Part shown: positions 43,055-57,800 of the stretch, piece by piece
Numbering within the stretch: position 1 is the first letter of the stretch
Layout: the number at the start of each line of letters is the position of its first letter
DNA from: Eledone cirrhosa
Taxonomy: Eukaryota
Direction of reading: 5' to 3'
DNA length: 64,000 bases
Assembly (NCBI GenBank): GCA_964016885.1
Contig: OZ024743.1
Span: 97,092,001-97,156,000 of the forward strand
Program-made: the position numbers and the translations under genes
Notes under the pieces: generated by a model
The model's database searches: none
What the model saw: the letters and a program-made list of their open reading frames with translations, nothing else
What the model was told of the DNA's origin: nothing

Positions 43055-43165
43055 AAAATGAGGTTGTTTTTTTAATGAAAAAAGAAACGAGATGTCCTAA
43101 ACGAGTGAAAGTATAAGGAAAAAAGATATCGAAAATACAACTGGAATCTTTTAAAGAATATTTAT
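42571..43165. repeat. Composite palindrome of about 595 bp, centred on (TA)n
   Basis: Both arms contain the same mosaic of three repeat families, with scattered mismatches. Confidence 0.9.
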
Positions 43166-43177
43166 ATATATATATAT

Positions 43178-43414
43178 TAGAAAGTGAGGTTTTTTTACAA
43201 AATGAAAAATAACCGAGGTGTCCTACACGAGTGAAAGTATAAAGAAAAAAAGATGAAATCGAAAATGCAACTGGAGTCTTATTTTTTTTTTTAAATATAT
43301 ATATTTATTTGGTTCCTTTACCGGTTTCGCAGTTCTTCTGCTTTTCAAAAGTAGAGTTGAGATGGAGGGTCTGTGGTTTTTCTCACAGATGTGAGAAAAA
43401 CCACAAACCCTCCA
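43178..43414 (-). mobile_element. U3-A8 HHR element with a terminal hairpin; HHR at 43316-43351
   Basis: CUU UUGAAAA GCAG-AAGAA-CUGC GAAA CCGG UA/ AAG. Confidence 0.85.
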
Positions 43415-44405
43415 TATTCCGGGTTGAATCGGAGGTAACCACAGTAAGTAAGGTACTCAATACATAGCAGAGTATAACAGTTTTAATATAGATGAGATTC
43501 TACAGGACTAGAATTGTTTCATTCTTTAGAAATCATCATATATATATATATATATTGAGTATATGTTGGTTGTATACCAACACCCTAATATGCAGATTGG
43601 AGCACTCGACGAAGTGCGCAGGTTGGTTTGGTAACTCCGGAATAATGTAAAATAAAATAAAATAAATAAGTCAAATGTTTTTTCTATTTATTATTTATTT
43701 TCTGTTTTCTTCATTTTATTGCTTTCTATTTCTTCATATACATGACATACCCCCCCCCCCCCTCCACCACCACCACAAGAGATGGTGGCAGGATGGTTGA
43801 AGAAACACACACAGATACTTCTAAATGTCAGCAGCAGTAAGACATTGGCTGACCACGGTAGAGGTCCTATGTACTTAACAATAGCAAAAACAAAAACAAA
43901 CACTACAGGGAACCTCACCCCAGAAAGAATTTCTATAGACTTTTAACTGAGGAATGCTCTCAAAACTGACCAATGGAAGGAGTGACCTTACACATTTTTA
44001 TAACATTGAGATTGGGTATAACACACACATATTTTATTTGATTATTTTATTTTGTTCCTTTACCACCTTATTCCTTCTACCACTTTATCATTTTTTTTGA
44101 GCTGACTCTAACACCAACACCACTACCAACATAAGAGTAGAGGTCAGATGTACTTAACAATAACAAGAACAACCACTACAGATTGCCTTGCCTCATAACG
44201 AATTTCTATAGACTTGTGACTGACGAATGTTCTCACAGCTGACCAATGAGAGGAGAAGATGTCCTTTGACGCTGAAATTCGTTTGTTTAAATTCATATGA
44301 TTCCAGTTCCTCAGTAAAACAACAACCCAACCAGGAACTGGGCATATCAGAGTATTGACAAAGTTAAACACCTCAACAACACTCGACTCTACCACACTAA
44401 TTCGG

Positions 44406-44460
44406 ACTCCCTGAAGAGGTCACAGCCAAAGATAGCTGTCACCGAAATATATATAGCAGT
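44406..44460 (+). ncRNA. Type I hammerhead motif (ACUGC family, second copy)
   Basis: ACUCC CUGAAGA GGUCACAGC-CAAAGAUA-GCUGUCACC GAAA UAUAUA UA/ GCAGU; flanks are homologous to 37860-38190. Confidence 0.75.
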
Positions 44461-46139
44461 AATAAACGAAGCCAAATTTTAAACATTTGACTTATTTATT
44501 TTATTTTATGTTTTATATATATGTATATATATCAACTTGCTCATACATTACATATTTGGCACAGTTTCTATGGCTAGATACGTTTCTTAAGATAACCACT
44601 TTAGAGTGTTTACTGGATGTATTGTTTTTCCGATGTCAGCACAACCACTTTACACAGTTAACTAGGTATATTCTATCAAGGTACGAATACTAACAATTTA
44701 CAGGATGTACTGAATGCAGTTTATTAGGACATTAAATACTTTTTGTTAAAAATATTGTTCTCGTTGTCAAAAGGATAAAACTAAAAAGCCCAACAGAGTG
44801 CACAAATAAAGTGCTACGGCCGGCACTGATTAACACCCCTCCCCCATTAAACCCGACCCTGCTTAGGTGTGACCCTCCACATTCCGTACACAACTAAAAC
44901 TCAGAGTTTCAAGAATATTCTAGAATTGCTCAATTCTTTGACATTTAGTCCCGGAGGACTAACATCCGAAATGCAAAGTATGTCTCTGGCCAATAGGCTA
45001 GATAACAAAGTATTGGGGCCGATAGGTTCGACGAGATCAAATGATGTTACTGTGAAGTAGGATATTTCAAAGAATAATACTTTATATGAAAAATAGTCGA
45101 ACAAGTTGGGTATATAAGCCCATAGAGACGGAAAAGTGGACAGAATCGTCTGTGTGAGTCGAAATCACACCTGCTGTGTGCCGTACAGTTGCGCTACCAT
45201 CAACGCGAGGCTGACCGTTCACCCGTTATGTATCGGCCAGTAGATGTCACATGTAACAACCGATCGTATTTTTACGAAGAGTTGAGTAAATTATGAATTT
45301 TGAATGTATGTTAGCTTAAAGTAAGCTGCTTCAACGCAGGTTTTCTGCCTACGAAAAACAGTCGAATATATATATATATATATATATATTGCTCTACGGT
45401 TCTTATATATTTGATATATATTTATCCTTATCGAGCCCTCTTTGTGTTTTAGTCGTCAAATTTATTATTATTACTATATATATATATATTATATACGATA
45501 GCTATAGATTGATCAATAAGTTATATGTGTCTGTTGAAATGCACCAACACATTACGCGCACGCACACACACACACACACATATGTATATTATTGAGTTAT
45601 TATATACGGTTTAGACATATTTGTCCTTCTGAACGAATTCCTAGCAATTTTTGTTATTATTTACGCACTTGTTATGTTATTTATATATTTAAAACATACA
45701 TTTATCGGTATTTAATGTAAATTTACACAACTGCAACAACAAATGTTTGTATCTGTTACAAGTCAGTGTGTATATCTTATTCAATTAACATTCCTGAAAT
45801 CAAATTATTTAATAAATTATGTTTATACGTACAAGTGATTAATTATTAATTAGTTAGGTTTGGTAATCCTTTCTTTTTAAAACCACACAAAACATTCAGT
45901 AGTTTTGTGAGTGAAAATTAATCCCATCGTCAAAAGTTAAGAAAACATAGGTTGTTGCAGGATATCTATTGTTGCTTTTATCCTCACACAGTAATTAACG
46001 AGGGCCTTCTCGAAATGCAGGGCCCGTAACAAATGTTACTCTTATTACAATGTTAACTCGGCACTGCATCTCTTCCGGCTTTTCACATCCCACATCTTGT
46101 ATACACACACACACACACACACATACACACACACACACA

Positions 46140-46207
<68 letters not shown>

Positions 46208-46365
46208 CACATAAATAGTTTACAAGAAATCATTTTCGAATAAGAAACCAGCTGAAGGAGGTGAAGAAGTTATTACAGTAAACTACTAAGGAGGTTACAT
46301 ACACTTCTACTTGTATGAAATCCTTAATTTAGAGGTAAACTCATAGATTAAATATTGCATTGAAC

Positions 46366-46456
46366 AAAAGACCAAAGACTGTTAATTATATTATATTTTA
46401 ATTGACGCTCGTGCGTTAATTAAAATATAATATAATTAACAATCTTTGATCTTTTT
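46366..46456. repeat. AT-rich fold-back hairpin next to (TA)n
   Basis: ..tgttaattatattatattttaattgacgc / gcgttaattaaaatataatataattaaca.. Confidence 0.85.
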
Positions 46457-46488
46457 TAAAATGTATATATATATATATATATATATAG

Positions 46489-46832
46489 AAAAAAAGATGA
46501 AATCGAAAATGCAACTGGAGTCTTATTTTTAAAAAATATATATATATTTATTTGGTTCCTTTACCGGTTTCGCAGTTCTTCTGCTTTTCAAAAGGTGAGT
46601 TGAGATGGAGGGTCTGTGGTTTTTCTCATGTGAGAAAAACCACAGACACTCCATCTCAACTCACCTTTTGAAAAGCAGAAGAACTGCGAAACCGGTAAAG
46701 GAACCAAATAAATATATATATATTTTTTAAAAATAAGACTCCAGTTGCATTTTCGATTTCATCTTTTTTTTTTTATACTTTCACTCGTGTAGGACACCTC
46801 GGTTATTTTTCATTTTGTAAAAAAAACCTCAC

Positions 46833-46838
<6 letters not shown>
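46489..46838. mobile_element. U3-A8 HHR element as a palindrome (46489-46770); HHRs at 46558-46595 (-) and 46664-46701 (+)
   Basis: CCUU UUGAAAA GCAG-AAGAA-CUGC GAAA CCGG UA/ AAGG. Confidence 0.85.
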
Positions 46839-46872
<34 letters not shown>

Positions 46873-47054
46873 ATACTTGGGGAGGGTCATATTGTTGTAA
46901 TAATATTGCCAGAAATAATAACAGAACACACTCACTATCTGGTTGGTTTTCGCTTCTGTATCTTTTATATCTCTATAGTTAATTTATTTGGCAATCAACG
47001 TTTATCATTGATTGACCAACGGTTAAAAATACAGATATAAATATATATATACTC

Positions 47055-47098
47055 TATCAAAGTTATTTCGTTGCACATCTGCAACATCATCAGTGGTA
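47055..47098 (-). ncRNA. Minimal type I hammerhead motif (33252 family)
   Basis: UACCA CUGAUGA U GUUGCA-GAUG-UGCAAC GAAA UAAC UU/ UGAUA. Confidence 0.7.
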
Positions 47099-47863
47099 CT
47101 ATTATAATTGCTGGCCTTGTGCCTATTGTAGAAACAATTATTATGTTCCCTCATATTTTATATATATACACGATCGTTTTCCGACATTTAGAAAATGTTA
47201 ATTATAGTCTGGACTTAATGGTCTTCTAAGCTTTGTTGTTTTAAGATATAAATTAAAAAGAAAGTGAACGTAAAAGGCCCTTAAATACTGGTGGAATTTT
47301 AGGGGCACTCTCTTGACACACGGCGTGTCTAGGGTATTTTAAAACTTGCAGAACTTACTCTTCTCCACATCAAAATATGTTGAATTTCTTCTTTTTCTTC
47401 GTCTTGAAGAGTGACAGATAGAGGAATAATCGACCTAAGCACTTTATTTATCGGCTACATAATGATGAAAGACAATGTTACATGTGCAGGATTTGAACTC
47501 AGACTACAGTAAACGGGAAGAAATACGGAGGCATTTTTAATTTGACCATCTAACAACTTTGCTGATTCATTGCTTTTATGATAGAACGAGTAGAAGCTAT
47601 AAAATATTGGTAAATGTCTGAATCAAGGAAAGATGTGTGGAATATATTGATTCCCTAGATTTGTGTGTCTCCAGTTATGTAAGTATACTGACAGAGAAGA
47701 CTGAGAGAAACAAATCATCTACAGCTAGTAGATTTTTTACTGTATTGGGGACACGATTCAGAATATTGAAACTATTAAATTATATTGATTTCTTACTCTG
47801 TCGCATAATACGTACACACACAGAGACACACACAGAGACACACGCACACACACACACACACAC

Positions 47864-47946
<83 letters not shown>

Positions 47947-50900
47947 TTCTACGCATATATGCCTAGCAACACCAAATACACATACCTACACCTATACAGT
48001 CACACGTAGACTCTTATATATATCATATATAGAAGCCCCCTCCACTCGGGTACTTCTTCTCTCTTCACCCATGCTGTGTTCAACACTCTAAGTCCCGCAT
48101 CAACCAGTATGTCGGGTTCAACATGTCACGAACCTCTGCCACTGGAACTACTTTCCTGCTCATATATTTGTCAACGATTTCAACAGAACATGAACTAATA
48201 TTAATCTCTTCGGGTCATAAAGGCCTCGCAAAAGCCGTGAGCTCTGCTCTTTCCTGCATTAAAATACCCACCCGAGGGCAGAAAACTAGAACTAAATACA
48301 AGAGTAAAAAACGAGATAAATATAAAAATATAAATAATTGTTTCTACTTTTGGCACAAGGCCAGCAATTATCTCAGTGTATTACTGGTACTTTATTTTAT
48401 CGACCCCGTAAGGATGAAAGGCAAAGGTAACCTCGGCGGGATTTGAACTCAGAATGGCAAGGGCCGTAACTCTATGCGTCAAATCACGGCGTCCGACCCT
48501 CTACCGATACTGCCAAAACAAATTAAATAATAAAGAAGTGTTTTATTTAGAATTAACGATAGTAAGAATCTGTACTTAACAATCAACATTTTTGTTTAAA
48601 TCTTCAACAGAGATTAGTGTAAGAATTTGTTTTGGTGTTGGTTGGTTTTATGTATATCTGGCTCTTTAAATACTCTCAACAATACTCTGATTGGTGGTAT
48701 AGCATAGTGGCAAGACGTTCGGGTTGTGTCAAGAGGTATTGTTGAGGTGCCGTCTAAGGCATTTATACCTGCTCGAGTCCATCAACGTCCAAGTGGGAAC
48801 AGTCTATTTCTGAGAGCGAGAGAGAGGGAGAGAGAGAGAGAGAGAGAGAGAGAAGGGGAGGGGGGGGGAGGTGAGAGGCAAGAATAAAACTATTACTTTA
48901 ACGATATTTCGAAAGCATGAAAGGCAAATTTGACACCGTATAGATTTGTACTTAATCCTCAGAGAACCAGAAAAAATACATCAAAATATTTTATTCGGAC
49001 TTCTAACAACCCTGTCACTTCGCCGCTTTCCACGGTAATAAGGGCATAGGTAAAAATGACACAGGGGAAAGAAAAAATAAAAAATGATGTCACAATCAAT
49101 ATAGATATCTTATGTAAACTAAATCTCAATTAAATGTCATATATTGTTTAGACACAATTTAATCGAATGTCTACTGTTGTCACCCATCTGACCGTCGGGT
49201 ATCTTTAGTGGAGTCCACTCTGTGGCAAGTATTGGAGCTATCTCTCCGCTGTGTGGATACCTTCACACCTCTTCCCCACCAGTCTCAAAGGTCCTGGAGA
49301 GGGTTGATGGGAATTTCCTGTCTTCCCGGACTAAATAGTAGAAATCAATACCAGAGCAATATGATAAATCGATACTTATTTAGTTGAGCTCTTTTTCCAT
49401 ATTTTACCACTTGTGCAGTTATTTACCCGTACAATATTTCTTGGTGGTGGATTGGCATTATCAGTGGAGCGTCGGACAACACGCTTTATAGTATTGAGTT
49501 ACGGCTCTTTACGATCTGAGTTCAAATCCTGCCGAAATTGCGTTACCTTTCATCTTTACGAGGTCGATAAAATAAAGTACTAGTAATGCACAGGTGTTTG
49601 TCAACTTTTCCCTCGCCCCCAAAATTGCTGGCCTTGCGCCTAAATCAGAAACCAATATTTCGTATGTCATTTTTATCCCTTAATTTTCACTTATGTCTTT
49701 ATAACTAACAATTCGTGTGAGGTAACAGTACAGATCATGGACCCTCCAGTTTTAATTCGTGTGAGGTAACAGTACACATCTTGGACCCTCCAATTTTACC
49801 ATCGACCTCTTTATGGAATCCTTCGACCCAAATAAATAAGTCTGTAAACAGAATTTGAAATAAAACAACAAAGACTAATCATATATAACTGAAAAATGTC
49901 CGAAACGTTAAGACTCTTTTCCTGTTATATCAAGTGTTAAACTAATATATTTCTTCATTGTACTGTGTCGTTTGCTTTGTTATTTCTGTTTACTTTTTTC
50001 ATACATGTAAATGAAAAACCTATATAAGCAAGCAGTATCGGTAGAGGGTCGGACGCTATGCTTTGCAGCACAGTTACGTCCCTTTACGGAGTGAGTTCAA
50101 ATCCTGCCGAGGTTAACTTTGCATTTCATCCTTACGGGGTCGATAAAATAAAGTACCAGTAATGTACCGAGTAAATGCTGGCCGTGTGCCAAAACTAGAA
50201 ACAATTAATTTACCTTTACTAATTTTTAATAAAAATATCAGGTTTCAAAGGCCAAAAGTTGAGTAGTCGCATCGACACAATGGGTTGGTGATGTCGATAT
50301 TGACCACTTTCGGGACCCAGATATAACCATGATCATTCAGTACAGGATACCATTAAAATAACATAGTATAACATCCTGATTATTGACAAACATTCGTAAT
50401 ATCTTGTTTAATAAAATATTATTTCACCGATTATTACCATTACTAGCAGAAAAACCACCCTTCGTGTGGTTTTCTGCTAGCATGTGTAGTGTGTATATTG
50501 ATATTATACGCGAGTAGATATGATACATCAAATAAATCATAATTGACAATATACACAGAAATTGAACGAAGACTGCGTTACACTGTCTTATGTAATCAGT
50601 AACGTAATCCATGATACATTTAAAAAAGACGATATTATATATAAACTGCATTAGGAGAAAATTAGTGACGGAAATATATGAATGTTTATTTAAGCGATCG
50701 CTAACCGGAAGTGTTGACATTTGAAAATTTTAAAGAAGTGAATCTTAAAATAAGCGACAAAATTATTTATATTTAATCAAGAATAACGAAATTTAGTAGA
50801 TAAATTATGTAATATTCATTCATTATTTATTCAAAGTAATCCAACTTATTTTACAAACGGGATAAAAAAATATATTCTGGACGCTGCCTCGCACTCCTTA

Positions 50901-52785
50901 TTTTATTATAGTTTAGATATTCGATTTAGAAAATAGAAAAAGGTTTGAATTAAACATATTGTGGTATTTAGAAATAACTGGAAGTCATTTGATCATTGCT
51001 CAGTTGTTGCTGTTATAGAGCCGAAATAATTGTTTCTACTTTAAGCACAAGGCCTGCAATCTAGAGAGGAAGACGACTAAATCGCCCCAGTGCAATACTG
51101 GTATTTTATTTTATCGACTCTTAAGGAAGAAAGGCAAATCTAATCTCGGCGGGATTTGAACTCAGAACGTAAAGGTACATAACTCTATGCCGCTAAACAT
51201 AGTGTCCGACGTTTTACCTACACTGCCAACCCACCACCCTAATGGTTCCTCATTTAGGCACAAGGCCAGCAAATTTTGGGATGAGGGGAAAGTCAATTAA
51301 ATAGACTCCCAGTACATTACAGGTGCTTTATTTTATTGGCCCTGAAGGATGAAAGACAAAGCTAACCTTGGTGAAATTTGAACTCAGAACGTAAAGGACC
51401 GTAACTCTTTGCGGCGAAGCAGGGTGTCCGACGTTCTCCCGCGGCTGTCAATCCACCGCAATAACAAGGATAACTAACTAATAACAGCACCGGAGTTATC
51501 TCCCGTGCTTGTGGAAACTCTCAACTCTTAGTTTATATTTCCACGGTACCGAGTGAACAAATATCATTGAAAAGGGAAAATGATGTTGAAATACTAGTAT
51601 TTAGGGTACTGAGAAGGCGACTGATATAGCTGTGATATGAGAGAAATTAATGTTGTTTATTATACAGAAACATTTTACATGCTTTCACGCCTGTAAAGTC
51701 TGATACATTTTTTTTTGCTCATCAGATATTTGTTTTTATAGTTAGCCTTTTGAAGCTTTCTGCAAGGCCTCTTGTCTGATGTTCTAATGAGCCTGTTAAT
51801 TCGACATCTTAATCATTTGGCAGTATCGGTAGAGAGTCGGGCATGCTTTTCAGCATAGTTACGTCCCTTTACGATCTGAGTTCAAATCCCGCCGAGGTTA
51901 ACTTTGCCTTTCATCCTTACGGAGTCGATAAAATAAAGTACCAGTAATGTACTGGAATAATTGCTGGCCTTGTACCAAAAGAAGAAACAATTATCTTATG
52001 TGTATTTCCTATTAAGAGATTCGATGGAGATTTAGCTGTTGTTTCTAGCAGGTCGAATGACGCCAGTACAGGGTTATGTGCATAGCGTTGGACGCACTGT
52101 AATGACGTGTTCGATTCCCAGACCAGATGAAGCATTTTGTTACTGAGCCACGTACTTTATACCCCGTTGCTGCAGTTTATTCAGTTAAAAAACAACGTGA
52201 CTTACAGCAATACAAGATGTCCAATAGTGAAATATATATATATATATATATATATATAATACATATAATATAGATAACTATAAGAAAGCCCCCCCCCCCC
52301 CCAAAGGGAAATAAATAAAAGAGTAAGAAAAAAGGGATTAAGCAACGAAAGAAAGGGAGAAGAGATGCAGTGACAAGCTCTAAACCTCAGTCTGAGCAGT
52401 ATTTGAGCTAGCGACACCAGCTGCAACAGCCACCCCACCTCAAGGACACCTGCTGCAACAGCCACCCCACCCCAAGGACACCTGCTGCAACAGCCACCCC
52501 ACCTCATGGAACCCCTTCTTCAGGCGGGCTCCTGTCTTTCCGATGCTACAAAAAATCAGCAGTGTTAGGACCAAGGACACTCGAAGCCTAGAGGACTGCC
52601 GGTACAAGAAGAAAAGGTCAAGCGCCGGTATTTACTTATCGTCCCCCACCAAACAAGCTGTTATCAGGATGTGGCTAAAAAATGTCCCGGAGTCAAAACT
52701 GAGAATCACGATAGAACCAGGGTACCCATCCTTCCCAACAGAATTCCGCCACCATACATCAGGGTATTCTGTCACACTGGTTTAA

Positions 52786-52976
52786 AATAATTGTTTCTAC
52801 TTTTGGCACAAGGCCAGCAATTACCCAGTTCATTACTGGTACTTTATTTTATCGACCCCGTAAGGAAGAAAGGCAAAGTTAACCTCGGCGGGATTTGAAC
52901 TCAGACCGTAAAGGGACGTAACTATGCTGGAAAGCATGGCGTCCGACTCTCTACCGATACTGCCAATCCACCGCTT
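52786..52976 (-). mobile_element. SINE family A, near full length
   Basis: Nearly identical to 41590-41774. Confidence 0.9.
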
Positions 52977-53193
52977 AAATCACTTCACTCTATTTTTAAA
53001 CCGTTCCCCTCTACTTTCAAAGAGACAGTGGGTAGGTCACTTATAGTAAGAACATTTAATGTGCTACCCTTTGCTCTCCCTAACTAATATATATATATAT
53101 GAGAGAGAGAGTTATACTGATGTGTATGGTTGTGACCATTTGTAGTGTGTGTGTGTGTGTGTGTGTGTGTATTTATACTTGTAATATGTTCAA

Positions 53194-53233
<40 letters not shown>

Positions 53234-53256
53234 TTATACTTGTAATATGTTCAACC

Positions 53257-53416
<160 letters not shown>

Positions 53417-53955
53417 GTATCACCATAGATTTCTATGACACACCGTTCTTCGATAATCAATGCACTATGTTATCTCCCTTAAATTCAGAAATGTAAATTT
53501 TTACAAGTTAGCTCCCTTGTCCTGTTTTACACTTATTGATCTTATTTCACTTTTAATTGAAGCATTTGTAATAATTGTTTCTACTTTTGGCGCAAGGCCA
53601 GCAATTATCCCAGGGTATTACTGGTTTGTAATAATATAACCTTCAATGTATATATCCATCAATGTAGAAATAGATACATGTCACAATAAATATTGTAAGG
53701 TCATCAGTTCGATTCTCTTGCGTTGTCTTCAGCCAAACATTTTATTAAACGTTGCTCCATTCAGTAGGAAAAAATTATTAGTACCTGACTGACATTGTCA
53801 TGCGACTGAGTCCTTGAGAACTACGTTAGGGGTGTACATATCAGTGCACCTACAAGTTAATTTGGCGAGGAGACTAATCCGTTAATCAAACAACAGGGAA
53901 ACTTGTCGTCAGAAAAGATGGAAGTCCAATGCACTCACTCACACAATGTTTATCA

Positions 53956-54866
53956 CAGCTGTAGCCCATACCAGCTGCAGCCCATACCAGCTGTAGCCCA
54001 TACCAGCTGTAGCCCATACCAGCTGTAGCCCATACCAGCTGTAGCCCATACCAGCTGCAGCCCATACCAGCTGTAGCCCATACCAGCTGTAACCCATACC
54101 AGCTGTAGCCCATACCAGCTGCAGCCCATACCAGCTGTAGCCCATACCAGCTGTAGCCCATACCAGCTGCAGCCCATACCAGCTGTAGCCCATACCAGCT
54201 GTAGCTCATACCAGCTGTAGGTCATACCAGCTGTAGCCCATACCAGCTGTAGCTCATACCAGCTGTAGCTCATACCAGCTGTAGCCCATACCAGCTGTAG
54301 CCCATACCAGCTGCAGCCCATACCAGCTGTAGCTCATACAAGTTGTAGCCCACACCAGCTGTAGCCCATACCAGCTGTAGCCCATACCAGCTGTAGCCCA
54401 TACCAGCTGTAGCCCACACCAGCTGTAGCCCATACCAGCTGTAGCCCACACCAGCTGTAGCCCATACCAGCTGTAGCCCATACCAGCTGTAGCCCATACC
54501 AGCAGTAGCCCATACCAGCTGTAGCCCACACAGGCTGTAGCTCATACCAGCGGTAGCCCATACCAGCTGTAGCCCATACCAGCTGTAGCCCATACCAGCG
54601 GTAGCCCATACCAGCTGTAGCCCATACCAGCTGTAGCTCATACCAGCTGTAGCCCATAACAGCTGTAGCTCATACCAGCGGTAGCCCATACCAGCAGTAG
54701 CCCATACCAGCTGTAGCCCATACCAGCGGTAGCCCATACCAGCTGTAGCCCACACCAGCTGTAGCTCATACCAGCGGTAGCCCATACCAGCTGTAGCTCA
54801 TACCAGCTGTAGCTCATACCAGCGGTAGCCCATACCAGCTGTAGCCCACACCAGCGGTAGCCCATA
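53956..54866. repeat. 16-bp minisatellite (CCAGCTGTAGCCCATA), about 57 units
   Basis: Direct reading; the 16-aa ORF periodicity equals 3 units. Confidence 0.97.
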
Positions 54867-57800
54867 TGTATGTGGTGATATGTAAGTGGTTGAGTATTGC
54901 CTGGGTACGGGAAACCTTAATGTAATTCCAAGGTCCAATCAGCGTGATACAATGTGTAATAAGGCTGGCTCTTTTAGTTAAATGTGCTATCCATCTGACA
55001 GGCTTCCACAGAGTTTCCATCAGCCCAATTCCACTCCCAAGTTTTGGGCCGACTCGAAGTTATAGTGATAGACGCCTTCCCAAGATGCAACGTAGTGAGA
55101 TCGAACTCGGGACCTCATGACTGCTAAGTGACCTTCTTAACCACTCAGCCATGTTTGCATCTACATAGATAACACAAGCTGTACGCATTGACATTTAAAC
55201 GTCCTTGAATGAGAAACAGCAACACTACGTCATATACGGAGTGGCCTTTATCACGGGCGTTATTGTATTGATTAGTTCAGCTGTTTGTTCTCACCTTTAT
55301 CGATAAATTAGCAGAATCATTATTGTAGTAGAAAGACATGATCCATACGTTATTTTGTTATGGATTTTTACGTTCTGAGTTCAAATCTCGACGATATCAA
55401 CTTCACATTTTGTCCTTTCCTAACGATATAACGATTTAATTGTTTCTACTTTTGGCACAAAACCAGCAATTTTCCCAGTGTATTACTGGTACTTTATTTT
55501 ACCGACCCTGTAACGATGAATGGCAAAATTAACCTCGGCGGGATTTGAACTCAGATCATAAAGGGCCATAACTCTATGTGAAGCTCTACCGATACTGCCA
55601 ATCCACGGCCCTATATATAACGATATAATATAAATAGAAGTGAACTAAGTAATTGCCTCTTCGGTGATGACTGACCACAGGCTTGCACTAGGTTCAATTT
55701 CTCTCTATCAAGCTCAGACAAGTTGTATGTAGAGGACCAACAGTGGCCCATGCATGTCAATTTCCTTCTCTCTACGTTTCTGATGTGACAGAGGACAGTA
55801 ACATTAAATATAGTTTAGTACCAGTATCGCCTTCACACTGAAGCTGAGAGATTTGAAGCCACGTCAAATAAAATCTCATGCTCAAGGACACAGTGTCCCA
55901 ACCAGTCAGGAAATCGAACTCAAGGGTTTTTCATGTATTTATTTTAGAAGACCAACATTTGCATAAGAAATGAAAATACATAAAATAATCCAATAAAATA
56001 GAACTTGCTTATACAGGTTTCTGATTTACATTCAATTAGTTTTCACTGTGTAGTTATCTTGTTTATTCATGTAATTGTGTAGTAGATGAGAAGGTCAAGG
56101 ATTAAATGAAAGGGTTGCTGGTCTAAAACGTGTGGCACTCCCTGCTTTCAGGGACCCCTGATCAAAAACTCCTTCGACACCTTTGCGCATTGTCTATGGT
56201 TACAAACATAAATAAATAAATAAATTAATTAATTTGGGGTCATATAAATGTTAGCGGCATCTGGCTACAACCCAGCCAACCCTTTATCTGTCACTGCCTG
56301 TTGTAGAAATTAATGAATAGATTGGATTTACTTCAGTTTGCCGAAAGGTATCTACTGATGTAGAATAGTGACTGGAGCAGAGGTATTATGTCCCAGGTTC
56401 AAACCATTCCATCAATGTACACATATGACTGGTATTTTTATCGCCCCTTCAATGTAATTATCTATTATTGACCCTGCAGTGCAAATAACAGTATGCAATA
56501 TAATACCAGACGAGATATAGCGTGGTATTAATTTTACCACCTTATATTCTGAGTTTATATCCAACCGAGTTCAGTATTGTCTTTGGTTTTACTGCTGCAT
56601 TTTAAATCCGGTGTTCAGGTCATATAGGATGAATCAACTGAATCTCATTGTGTTAATCATTATAATTTCAGTAGAGAAGTGACCGACAAAAACAGTGGAC
56701 CTTTAGACGGTCGTACACCTTGCTAGAAATAACCGCAAAATCCGACCCAAATAAGGTTCTTCCGTTAGAAACGTGGACACGTTGAATAATGTAGTCTGCG
56801 ATATATAAACTGCTGGGATAGTCATGACTAGAATGCCTCTTTTGATTATATGTCATCTTGCTCAGGACTGAACTGCTGGTAAGCAACAGCAAAAACAGTA
56901 AGCTGGGAGAATCAGTGGAGCGCTGGACTAAAATACCTCAGTATTTGGCCAGGTCTAGAACTCGTGTAAAGCAGGCAATAAACCCAGTACTGAGGTGGAA
57001 TTTAGACCACATTTCAAACGGCTCATTAAGTATTTTAGTAGTCAGTGCTAAATAGATATTGTTTATGTATGGCTTACGGGTATATACATGTAGTGTACAT
57101 GGTGGAGTTACAAGTAATAGAACATAAAGGAATTAAAACTTGAGTGGAGTAGGCCCACAACAACTGACTTATCTGCCCAGCTCCGTTCTGGATTGATCAC
57201 ATCCCTTAGAGTTCAAATCTCATTTACTCTCTAACCGGAATCAATAAAAAAAAAATGAAAAACAGAAAAAAGATAGGCTGTATCGATTTTATCGACATTA
57301 CAAGCTCTTTACTATTTTGTAGCCTGCTGATACTAATGGAATGAACAATAATTGATTTTTCCACAAATGTCTAACCTTATGCTAATCTAAGACATCATCT
57401 AACAGGTTATAGTAGTTGATGAAACCATCTTGAAACAGAACATTAATGATACATCTATTTTTATTAACTGTAAAAGGTTAAAAACTATAGTAGAGACTGT
57501 TCAATTCTTTGAAGACACGGCTTTACGGAAGAGGTATAAACAATGTAAAAGATAATGAGGTCTGTACTCTAAGGCAACTGGCAGAGTCGTTAAGAAGTCC
57601 GATTAAAAGGGTCTCGGTATTTGTTCTCACTCTACTCTAAGTTCAAATTCTGCTGAGGATAACTTCGCCTTTCATAATTTCGAGATCGATAAATCAAAAT
57701 ACTCCAATACAGAGGTCAATTTCCCTTTGTATATTTATTTAGTTATCTCTCTTTTTCTCTGGAAGAAACCATCTGTATTTCGAACAGGGGAGGGACGGAG

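Noticed and set aside
53886-54866. Trp/Tyr/Gly-rich ORFs (MGYSWYGLQLVWATAG), superficially like structural or reflectin-type repeats
   Set aside because: The same peptide appears in all three minus frames, which is a 16-bp minisatellite artefact
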